Shown in pieces: positions 8,596-17,251 of a stretch of DNA of 64,000 bases. The position numbers and the translations under genes were made by a program. The DNA lies in assembly GCA_965237415.1 (NCBI GenBank), contig CBDEFM010000002.1:1888001-1952000 (forward strand). The letters run 5' to 3'. Position 1 is the stretch's first letter. Every line of letters begins with the position of its first letter. The notes under the pieces were generated by a model. The model made no database searches. It was not told where the DNA came from and was given only the letters and a program-made list of their open reading frames with translations. The stretch comes from Alphaproteobacteria bacterium (GTDB lineage: Bacteria; Pseudomonadota; Alphaproteobacteria; UBA828).

Positions 8596-10956
8596 CTACG
8601 CCGAGGCGGCGCGAACTGCGCGCCAGACGCGCTCGGCCGTGAACGGCATCTCGACATGGCGGACGCCCAGGTGCCAGAGCGCATCGAGAATGGCATTGCC
8701 GATCGCGGCCGGCGGCCCGCTGGTGCCGAGCTCGCCCACGCCCTTGACCCCGAGCGGGTTGGTCTCGGTCAGCGTCACGTGGCTGTCGAGCGCGAAGGCC
8801 GGCAGATCGTCGGCGCGCGGCAGCGCGTAGTCCATGAACGAGCCGGAGAGAAGCTGGCCCGACTCCGGGTCGTAGCGCACATCCTCCAGCAGCGCCTGGC
8901 CGATGCCCTGGGCGGCGGCCCCGTGGCGCTGGCCGTCGACCACGAGCGGGTTGATCACCAGCCCCGCATCCTCCACCGAATAGTAGCCTGTAAGCCGCAC
9001 CGCGCCGGTTTCGCGATCGACCGTGATGGTCGCGACATGAGTGCCGTAGGGATAGTTGAAGTCGTCCGGGTCGAAGAACGCCGCCTCTTCCAGCCCGAGC
9101 TCGAAGCCCTCGGGATAGTCGGCGCCGCGGTAGGCCATGTCGGCGATCTCCACGAACGTCATCCGCCGGTCGGTGCCGCGCACGGCGTAGGCGCCGGCCC
9201 CGAAATCGATATCGTCGACGGCGCATTCCATGAGGTGGGCGGCAAGGCGCCGGCCCTTCTCGATGATGCGGTCCGACGCCACGGCAAGGGCAGAGCCCAC
9301 GACCGTGATCGAGCGCGAGGCCCAGGTGCCGAGGCCGTGGGGAATCCGGTCCGTGTCGCCCTCCACGACATCAATGTCTTCGAGCGCGCAACCGAAGCGG
9401 TCGGCGACGATCTGCGCATACGTCGTGGCATGGGATTGGCCGTGGCTGTGGCTGCCGCAGAGCACCGTGATCTTGCCGCTGGGGTGGACGCGCACGGTGG
9501 CGACGTCCCAGAGCCCCATGCGGCTGCCGAGGGCTGCCGCAAGACGGCTCGGCCCGGCACCGCCGGAGCGAACGAAGGCCGCCATGCCGATCCCCATCAG
9601 CACGCCGTCTTCCTGGAGCCGCGTCTGCTCGGCCCGGAGCGCGTCGAGATCGGCAAGCTCACGGGCCTTGTCGAGGACCGCCGGGAAATCGCCGACATCG
9701 TAGGTGACTCCGGTCGCACTGCCATAGGGCATGTCGGCAGCGGGCACGAGGTTGAGGGCGCGCGCCTCGACCGAGTCGCGAGCCCGCTCACGCGCGCCAT
9801 TCTCGATCAGGCGCTCGATGACGTAGGTGATCTCGGGATTGCCGGCGCCGCGGTAGGCGTCGACCGGCGTGGTGTTTGTGTAGACGCCGAGCACCCGGCA
9901 ATGGAGCGCGGGGATCGCATACTGGCCTGAGAACATGGTGACGCAGAAGAGCGAGGGGATGCACGCAGCGAACTGGCTTTGATAGGCGCCGAGGTTGGCG
10001 ATGATCTCCGCCTCGATGGCGACGATACGCCCATCCTCGTCGAAGGCCATGCGCGCCTCGGTAACGTGGTCGCGCGCGTGGATGTCCACCGTCAGGGTTT
10101 CGGCACGGGTCGCGGTCCAGCGCACCGGCCGGCCCACCAGCCGCGCGGCCCAGGGGAGGCTCGCCTCCTCCGGATAGTGATAGGTCTTCTGGCCGAAGCC
10201 GCCGCCCACGTCGGGCGCGACCACCCTGATCGACTGCTCGGGCGCACGCAGCGTGTCGCGCGAGAGCCACTGGCGGACGAGATGCGGGTTCTGGGTGGTG
10301 GACCAGAGCGTGTAGCGCTCGCTGCCGCGATCGTACGCGCCGATTGCCGCGCGGGGCTCAATGGCGCTCGGCGCGAGACGGTTGTTGACGAGCTTGAGAG
10401 CCGTCACATGGGCGGCAGAGGCGAAGGCGGCCTTGACCGCCTCGGCGTCGCCGAGCCGCCAGTCGTAGGAGACGTTGCTCCCGAATTCCTGGTGCACCAG
10501 CGGCGCGCCTGCCAGGGCGGCGGCTGCGAGGTCCGTCACCGAGGCAAGCGGCTCCCACGAGACATCGACCACCGCGGCAGCGTCGGCGGCCGCGTGCGTG
10601 TCTTCGGCGACGACGAGGGCCACCGTATCGCCCACATGGCGCGCTTGATCCGTGGCGAAGACCGGCCTTCGGGCGAGCGCCATCGGCGTGCCGTCGTGGG
10701 AGGTGATGTCCCACAACACGTCGGTATCGCCGCCGCCATCCCGGCGCCAGTCCTCCCCGGTGAGCACGGCCAGCACGCCTGGCATGGAGCGCGCGCGCGC
10801 GGTGGCAATCGCCCTGATGCGGGCATGGGCGTGCGGACTGCGCACGAAGGCGGCGTGTACCTCCCCAGGAAGCCGGATATCGTCCACGAACTGACCTCGG
10901 CCAGTCAGAAAGCGATCGTCTTCCAGGCGCGTATGCGCTGTGCCGACATGCCCCAT
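8596..10956 (-). CDS. Xanthine dehydrogenase family molybdopterin-binding subunit (CoxL-like)
   Basis: REDD-like start (RLEDDRFLTGRG), VGGGFG, AYRGAG, HGQSHAT, GVKGVGE. Confidence 0.9.
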   Translation of the reverse strand: MGHVGTAHTRLEDDRFLTGRGQFVDDIRLPGEVHAAFVRSPHAHARIRAIATARARSMPGVLAVLTGEDWRRDGGGDTDVLWDITSHDGTPMALARRPVFATDQARHVGDTVALVVAEDTHAAADAAAVVDVSWEPLASVTDLAAAALAGAPLVHQEFGSNVSYDWRLGDAEAVKAAFASAAHVTALKLVNNRLAPSAIEPRAAIGAYDRGSERYTLWSTTQNPHLVRQWLSRDTLRAPEQSIRVVAPDVGGGFGQKTYHYPEEASLPWAARLVGRPVRWTATRAETLTVDIHARDHVTEARMAFDEDGRIVAIEAEIIANLGAYQSQFAACIPSLFCVTMFSGQYAIPALHCRVLGVYTNTTPVDAYRGAGNPEITYVIERLIENGARERARDSVEARALNLVPAADMPYGSATGVTYDVGDFPAVLDKARELADLDALRAEQTRLQEDGVLMGIGMAAFVRSGGAGPSRLAAALGSRMGLWDVATVRVHPSGKITVLCGSHSHGQSHATTYAQIVADRFGCALEDIDVVEGDTDRIPHGLGTWASRSITVVGSALAVASDRIIEKGRRLAAHLMECAVDDIDFGAGAYAVRGTDRRMTFVEIADMAYRGADYPEGFELGLEEAAFFDPDDFNYPYGTHVATITVDRETGAVRLTGYYSVEDAGLVINPLVVDGQRHGAAAQGIGQALLEDVRYDPESGQLLSGSFMDYALPRADDLPAFALDSHVTLTETNPLGVKGVGELGTSGPPAAIGNAILDALWHLGVRHVEMPFTAERVWRAVRAASA

Positions 10957-11088
10957 ACTTGCTTCCCTCTTTACTTCGGCCGCGGCCGATTTCCATTGTC
11001 AGGCTAATGAGCGGGCGCGTGGGCGTCCACCCTCGGCGCCGGCCGCGTGCTACGGTGGGATCAGCACGGCAAACCGTGGAGACCGAGG

Positions 11089-12147
11089 ATGCTGAATCCG
11101 GAGACCGACGCTCTCGCATCGCATCTCGACCGTGTGTTGAGCGAGCACGTGGCGAAGGGCGTGATCGGCGCCTCGCTCGCCCTCATCCGGCCGGGCGGGG
11201 AGGTTCTGACCCTCGCAGCCGGCTGCGCTGACCGCGCGACGGGAGCGCCGCTCACCCCGGATCATCTGTTCAAGACCGCCAGCACCAGGAAGACCTGGAC
11301 CGCGGTCGCCGTGCTCGCACTGGTGAGCGAAGGGCGTATCGACCTCGACCAGACCATCGAGGGGTGGTTCCCACATCTGCCGCGGGCGGACGAAATTCGC
11401 GTGCGGCATCTGCTCAGCCACCGGAGCGGCCTGCCCGAATACGAGTCCTTCATGCCCAAGGGCTCGGCGGACGACTGGACGCCGGGGCGGATCGTCGAGT
11501 TCGCGCTCGCCGACGGCACGCAGATCACGCCCGGCGAGACCTTCGTCTATTCCAACCCCGGCTACGTGCTGGCGGGCGAGATCGTCGCCAGCGAGCGGGG
11601 CGAGCCCCTCTCCCGCTGGCTCAGGCGCGAAGTCTTCGAGCCGAGCGGGATGGCCGAGACCTGGAGCGGCGGAGACGAAGACTTTCCGCGCGACCGTCTG
11701 GCGCGCGCCTACGTCTTCGATTCCGCCGAGCCCGGCGCCCCGCCGGAGGATTCGTCGGACTGGTTCCCGCTTTCCGGTATCGGGGCGGCGGGCGATCTCG
11801 TCACGACTCCCCGCGACCTCGCGCGGGGGTTCCATGCGCTCTTCACCGGCCAGGTGCTGGATCCTGCTGCCCTCGCCATGCTGCAGGGCCCGCTTCTGCC
11901 TGCCGGGTTCCCAGGCACCAGCATCACCCACTGCGCGCACGGCGTCCTGGTCTCGCGCTTCGGCGACCTCACGATCGTCGGTCATCTTGGCCAGTTGCGC
12001 GGGCACGTCACCATGGCCGGCCATCACGAGGCGAGCTGCCTCACCGCCGTGCTCAGCCAGAACTCGTGCTCGAGCGATCTTGAGGCGTTCGGCACGGCCG
12101 GCATCCACCCGGCGTATGCCGAGGTCTTCCGCCTGGCCGACGCGTGA
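11089..12147 (+). CDS. Serine hydrolase, beta-lactamase class C / peptidase S12 fold
   Basis: SxxK (STRK), LLSHRSGL, YSN, GHLG; no signal peptide evident. Confidence 0.85.
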   Translation: MLNPETDALASHLDRVLSEHVAKGVIGASLALIRPGGEVLTLAAGCADRATGAPLTPDHLFKTASTRKTWTAVAVLALVSEGRIDLDQTIEGWFPHLPRADEIRVRHLLSHRSGLPEYESFMPKGSADDWTPGRIVEFALADGTQITPGETFVYSNPGYVLAGEIVASERGEPLSRWLRREVFEPSGMAETWSGGDEDFPRDRLARAYVFDSAEPGAPPEDSSDWFPLSGIGAAGDLVTTPRDLARGFHALFTGQVLDPAALAMLQGPLLPAGFPGTSITHCAHGVLVSRFGDLTIVGHLGQLRGHVTMAGHHEASCLTAVLSQNSCSSDLEAFGTAGIHPAYAEVFRLADA

Positions 12148-12229
12148 TCCCGCGCTGAACGCAGACCGGCGCCCCTGAGCGCGCGAACGCGCCCAGGCGG
12201 CACCGGCGTTAGGTCGGAAGGAGCGCGCT

Positions 12230-12649
<420 letters not shown>

Positions 12650-12733
12650 GGTCCTGTTCCCCCTGACTTTACGGTTAGAGACGTGTGGCCGCCGCACTGC
12701 GGGATGCAAGCACGGCCGGTGCATTCGCCGCTC

Positions 12734-12762
12734 TATATGACGCAGCGCACCGCCGCCGTCAA
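12734..12762 (-). promoter_or_regulatory. Putative sigma70-type promoter of rubrerythrin
   Basis: Minus strand TTGACG-N17-CATATA. Confidence 0.55.
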
Positions 12763-12765
12763 CGG

Positions 12766-12782
12766 ATTGGAATCATTCCAGG
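12766..12782. promoter_or_regulatory. Irr box (iron control element, ICE)
   Basis: ATTGGAATCATTCCAGG, 14/17 match to TTTRGAAYNRTTCYAAA; perfect core palindrome TGGAAT-C-ATTCCA. Confidence 0.7.
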
Positions 12783-13234
12783 GTGCGTGCGTCGCCCGGC
12801 GCCGCCGCGCCGTCCTCCGCCCCCCTGCCGGTCACGCGAATGATGATGTCGATCCGCGAGACCGTGGTCCCCGGCGGCGGCGGCGGCAGGACGCTCACCG
12901 ACACGCGATCGCCCGGCACATCGACCAGACGGCCGGTCTCCTCCACGAAGAAATGCTGGTGATGCGCGGTGTTGGTGTCGAAGAAGGAGGGCCCAGCGTC
13001 CACCACCAGCTCGCGCAAGAGGCCAGCCTTCGTGAACTGGTGAAGGGTGTTGTAGACCGTGGCGAGGGAGACGCCCGCCTCCTCCCGCAGCACCTCTGCA
13101 TGAAGCTCCGCGGCCGTGACGTGACGGTGCGGCCCGCCGAAGAGTCGGCGGGCGAGGACGATGCGCTGGCGCGTAGGCCGTAGGCCGGCTTCGCGCAGGC
13201 GCGCCCTTGCGTCGCTGTCAGGCGATGTCGTCAT
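12773..13234 (-). CDS. irr: Iron response regulator Irr (Fur family)
   Basis: GLRPTRQR, HRHVTA, SLATVYNTLHQF, FFDTNT.HHQHFF. Confidence 0.85.
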   Translation of the reverse strand: MTTSPDSDARARLREAGLRPTRQRIVLARRLFGGPHRHVTAAELHAEVLREEAGVSLATVYNTLHQFTKAGLLRELVVDAGPSFFDTNTAHHQHFFVEETGRLVDVPGDRVSVSVLPPPPPGTTVSRIDIIIRVTGRGAEDGAAAPGDARTLE

Positions 13235-13384
13235 CTCGAAACCGCGTCTCCGATACCACGCCTCAATACCACAAATTCGCGTGCGTTGCGCTGCCGGTCG
13301 CGGATTCGTGAGTGCGCATGTCGTAAGTGCCGGGCCACGCGGGATAGGCTACGATGCGGACTCGGATCGCGAGGAGAACGCGCC

Positions 13385-15472
13385 GTGTCGAGCGAATTCG
13401 TTGCCACCGCCTGCCCCCACGATTGCCCGTCGACCTGCGCGCTTGAGGTCGAGCTGCTCGCGCCGGACAGGATCGGCGCCGTCAGGGGCGCGCGGGAGAA
13501 CGACTACACCTCGGGCGTGATCTGCGCCAAGGTCGCGCGCTATGCCGAGCGCGTGCACCACCCTGGGCGCCTCGCGGAGCCGCTGCAACGCACCGGCGAG
13601 AAGGGCGCCGGCGAATTCCGACCCATCGGCTGGGACGATGCGCTCGACCTGATCGCCGATTCCTTCGTCCGCGCTACGGAGACGCACGGTCGCGAGGCGG
13701 TCTGGCCTTACTACTACGCCGGCACCATGGGCCTGGTGCAGCGCGACGGGATCAACCGCCTGCGCCATGTCATGGGCTATTCGCGGCAGGACGAGACCAT
13801 CTGCACGCGCCTTTCCAGCGACGGCTGGTGGGCCGGTGTCGGTACATATGTGGGCAGCGATCCGCGCGAGATGGCGAAGGCTGATCTGATCGTCGTCTGG
13901 GGCTGCAATCCGGCGTCGACCCAGGTCAACGTCATGACCCATATCGCCAAGGCGCGGAAGACGCGGGGCGCGGCGCTCGTGGTCGTGGACCCCTACGAGA
14001 CGCGGACCGCCAAGGTCGCCGACCATCACGTGGCGCTCCGGCCCGGCACGGACGGCGCGCTCGCCTGCGGCATCATGCACGTGCTCTTCGCCGAGGATTT
14101 CGCCGACCGCTCCTACCTCGCTCGCTTTACGGACCATCCGGACGAACTCGAGACCCACCTCGCGAGCCGGGGTCCCGAGTGGGCGGCGGCGATCACGGGG
14201 ATTCCGGCCGCCGAGATCACCGCGCTCGCCCGCATGATCGGCCGCATCAAGCGCACCTACATCCGCCTCGGCTACGGCTTCACCCGCTCGCGCAACGGCG
14301 CCGCCAACATGCACGCCGCCACCTGCATCGCGGCAGTCACCGGCGCCTGGCAGTACGAGGGCGGGGGCGCGATGCACACCAACAAGAGCATCTACGGCGT
14401 CGACGCCACCCTGATCGAGGGGCTCGACGCAAAGGACCGCTCGGTGCGGCTGCTCGACATGTCGCGGATCGGCCCGGTGCTGACCGGCGATTCGAGCGAC
14501 CTTGGGGACGGCCCCCCGGTCACCGCCATCGTCATGCAGAACGTCAACCCGGCGGCGGTCGCACCGGAATCGGCCAAGGTGCGCGAGGGCCTCGAGCGCG
14601 ACGACCTGTTCCTCGCCGTGCACGAGCAGTTCATGACCGACACCGCGCGCTACGCCGACATCGTGCTGCCGGCGACGACCTTCCTGGAGCATGACGACAT
14701 CTATGTGGGCGGCGGCCACAGTTACCTGCTCATGGGCGCACAAGTGATCGAGCCCTACGCCCAATCGCGCTCCAACCACGACGTCATCCGTGCGCTCGCC
14801 AAGCGGCTCGGCGCCGAGCATCCGGGCTTCGACATGACCGCGTGGGAGCTGATCGACGCGACGCTCAAGCGCTCGGGCCATCCCGACGCCGCGACGCTGA
14901 AGGCCCAGCGCTGGAAGGACTGCATGCCGGATTTCGAGAGCGCCCATCACCTGGGCGGCTTCGGCTGGCCGGACGGGCGCTTCCGCTTCAAGCCGGACTG
15001 GGCCGCCATGGGGCCGCGCGGCGCCGAGATGCCGGCCTTCCCCGACCACATGGCGGCGATCGAGGCGCCGGACGCCGAGCATCCCTTCCGCCTCGTCACC
15101 GCGCCCGCGCACAACTACCTCAATTCGAGCTTCACCGAGACGCGAACCAGCCAGGCCAAGGAGACGCGGCCCTCCGCCCTTTTCCACCCCGGCGACGCGC
15201 GCGACCTCGGTTTCGACGACGGCGACCGCATCCGCATCGGCAACCGGCGCGGTTCCATCCTGATCCATGCGCGCATCGCCGGCAGCAACGGAAAAGCGGT
15301 CGCCACGACCCACGGTCAGCAGCGCGGCACGGTCATCGTCGAGAGCATCTGGCCCAACACCGCCTTCGAGGAAGGGCTCGGCATCAACACGCTGACCTCG
15401 GCCGATCCCGGCTATCCCAACGGCGGTGCTGTGTTCCACGACACCGCCATCTGGGCCCGGCCGGCGAACTAG
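13385..15472 (+). CDS. Molybdopterin-dependent oxidoreductase (DMSO reductase superfamily, uncharacterised clade)
   Basis: CPHDCPSTC...C [4Fe-4S] motif, YYYAGTMG, DTARYADIVLPA, LNSSF; GTG start after GAGGAG. Confidence 0.88.
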   Translation: MSSEFVATACPHDCPSTCALEVELLAPDRIGAVRGARENDYTSGVICAKVARYAERVHHPGRLAEPLQRTGEKGAGEFRPIGWDDALDLIADSFVRATETHGREAVWPYYYAGTMGLVQRDGINRLRHVMGYSRQDETICTRLSSDGWWAGVGTYVGSDPREMAKADLIVVWGCNPASTQVNVMTHIAKARKTRGAALVVVDPYETRTAKVADHHVALRPGTDGALACGIMHVLFAEDFADRSYLARFTDHPDELETHLASRGPEWAAAITGIPAAEITALARMIGRIKRTYIRLGYGFTRSRNGAANMHAATCIAAVTGAWQYEGGGAMHTNKSIYGVDATLIEGLDAKDRSVRLLDMSRIGPVLTGDSSDLGDGPPVTAIVMQNVNPAAVAPESAKVREGLERDDLFLAVHEQFMTDTARYADIVLPATTFLEHDDIYVGGGHSYLLMGAQVIEPYAQSRSNHDVIRALAKRLGAEHPGFDMTAWELIDATLKRSGHPDAATLKAQRWKDCMPDFESAHHLGGFGWPDGRFRFKPDWAAMGPRGAEMPAFPDHMAAIEAPDAEHPFRLVTAPAHNYLNSSFTETRTSQAKETRPSALFHPGDARDLGFDDGDRIRIGNRRGSILIHARIAGSNGKAVATTHGQQRGTVIVESIWPNTAFEEGLGINTLTSADPGYPNGGAVFHDTAIWARPAN

Positions 15473-15570
15473 CGCGGCATTTTTCACCTCGGCCACGGCC
15501 TGCGTCACGTCCCGCGCGTCTTCCGTCAACGTGCGCGGACGCACGATGCGAGCGGTAAGTTAATTTTCAT

Positions 15571-15616
15571 GCGGGATTCGGCGGGATTAAGTGGGATAAG
15601 TGGGATTCCGTGGGAC
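15571..15616 (+). repeat. Five phased direct repeats GYGGGA(T/C)
   Basis: Units start at 15571, 15581, 15591, 15600, 15610 (spacing 10,10,9,10). Confidence 0.8.
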
Positions 15617-15745
15617 AGGGTCGGGCACGCCCGCAGGGTCGTGCGGGCGGAATATGTGGTCGCGCACGCCCGGGTCGCCCGCGCCTGAAAGGTCGCGGGC
15701 GCGCCAGATAGGGTCGTGCGCGCGGAATCGGGTCGCTCACGCCCA
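15617..15745. repeat. Degenerate tandem repeat (GGTCG core, 7 copies)
   Basis: GGTCG at 15619, 15637, 15658, 15673, 15691, 15712, 15731; 19-bp near-identical copies at 15635 and 15710. Confidence 0.65.
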
Positions 15746-15998
15746 CTCATCCTGTCTGCCGTGCCCCGCGTGCTCTCGCACTGCGTCGCGCGGATAGGCG
15801 CGCGGGAAATTGGTCGACCCATCGCGCAATCCTGGCGCGCACGCCGCCCACCGTGCACCGCACCATGGTTCTGGGAAAATTAGCGGGGCGGGCTGCGCGA
15901 CCGGGTGCAATCCGGGTGTCGCGGCAGCCCTTCGACTCCTCCTGTCCATAGCGCTCGACCATCCGCGCGCCGCGTCATATGCCTGGACTGCACTACAG

Positions 15999-16015
15999 TC
16001 TGGAACTACACTAAT
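15999..16015. promoter_or_regulatory. Possible weak Irr box upstream of Fe3+ ABC operon
   Basis: TCTGGAACTACACTAAT, 13/17 to ICE consensus. Confidence 0.35.
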
Positions 16016-16117
16016 GAGCGTTCACATAGTGCGTCCCCCTTCCCTGCCCCGAGGTCGTACCCTCCCACCCGGCAGACGCTGCGCCGCGATGGGGACCGAC
16101 AAAAGGACGGATCGACG

Positions 16118-17173
16118 ATGCAAGCGATTACTATACGCACCATAGCGTTCGCTGCGGCGCTGGTTCTCCTGTGCGGTGCGTTCTGGGCGCCGAGCGTCCT
16201 CTCCACGGACGATGGCAGGAGCGTAAACATCTACTCCGCGCGCAAGGAGGCGCTGATCCTGCCCATTCTGGAGCGCTTTCGCGACCAGACCGGGATCGAG
16301 TTCAGTCTGGTGACCGGCAAGGCCGACGCCTTGCTCAAGCGGCTCCGCATGGAAGGCGAGGCGTCACCGGCGGATGTCTTTATCACCGTCGACGCAGGCC
16401 GGCTGCACCGCGCCAAGGAGGCCGGGGTCCTCCAGAAGATCGGGAGCGAGAGCATCGACGCCGCCGTTCCGGCGCATCTGCGCGATGCCGATGGCTTCTG
16501 GGTGGCGCTCTCCAAGCGGGCCCGCACCATCGTCCATGCCCGGGACAGAGTCGACGCGACAGCGCTCTCGACCTATGAGGGACTGGCGGATCCCTCGTGG
16601 AAGGGGCGGATCTGCATTCGCTCCTCCGGCAACATCTACAACCAGTCCCTGGTCGCTTCGATGATCGAGGCGAGCGGCGTCGAACAGACCGAAGCCTGGG
16701 CCGAAGGGCTCGTCGGCAATTTCGCCCGCCCGCCCGCCGGCGGCGATACCGATCAGCTAAGAGCGGTTGCCGCAGGCGAATGCGATGTGGCCGTGGCCAA
16801 CACCTACTATTTCGGACGCCTCGCCGCGAGCAGCAAGGAAGAGGATCAGGCGGTCGCCGCCGCGCTCAAGGTCTTCTGGCCGAATCAGGGCGAGGGCGAT
16901 CGCGGCGTCCACATGAACGTGAGCGGCGTCGGCATCACAGCCAGTGCGCAGAACCGCGACAGTGCGATTCGCCTGCTCGAGTTCCTGGTCTCGCCCGAGG
17001 CGCAGAGGTGGTACGCGGAGGTCAACCATGAATACCCGGTCGTCCCCAGCGTGGCGGCGTCGGAGACGCTGGAGTCCTTCGGTGCCTTCAATGAAGACAC
17101 CCTGAACCTGACGGCGCTCGGCGCGAACAACCGGCAGGCCGTGGAGTTGATGGACCGGGCCGGCTGGCGTTAA
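16118..17173 (+). CDS. Fe(3+) ABC transporter substrate-binding protein (FutA/FbpA family)
   Basis: VNIYSAR, SPAD.FITVDAGRL, CIRSS.NIYNQSL, ANTYY (tandem Tyr iron ligands), N.EYP. Confidence 0.92.
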   Translation: MQAITIRTIAFAAALVLLCGAFWAPSVLSTDDGRSVNIYSARKEALILPILERFRDQTGIEFSLVTGKADALLKRLRMEGEASPADVFITVDAGRLHRAKEAGVLQKIGSESIDAAVPAHLRDADGFWVALSKRARTIVHARDRVDATALSTYEGLADPSWKGRICIRSSGNIYNQSLVASMIEASGVEQTEAWAEGLVGNFARPPAGGDTDQLRAVAAGECDVAVANTYYFGRLAASSKEEDQAVAAALKVFWPNQGEGDRGVHMNVSGVGITASAQNRDSAIRLLEFLVSPEAQRWYAEVNHEYPVVPSVAASETLESFGAFNEDTLNLTALGANNRQAVELMDRAGWR

Positions 17174-17251
17174 CGGCGTAGGCCGCCGCGTTCCCAATCG
17201 TGCGTTGGCCGTGACGGGTCCGGCGATGCAAGCGGCCTGCACACCGCCTTG

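Noticed and set aside
8596-10956. Aerobic CO dehydrogenase (form I coxL)
   Set aside because: Lacks AYRCSFR, and no coxM/coxS or accessory genes are adjacent
11089-12147. Antibiotic-resistance beta-lactamase
   Set aside because: Only the fold is supported; no signal peptide, and HLG replaces KTG, which fits an esterase or peptidase better
12160-12210. Hairpin between the serine hydrolase and rubrerythrin genes as an ncRNA
   Set aside because: Short imperfect stem between convergent genes, adequately explained as a terminator-like structure
15571-15745. CRISPR array
   Set aside because: Repeats are too short and degenerate, there are no spacer-sized unique segments, and no cas genes
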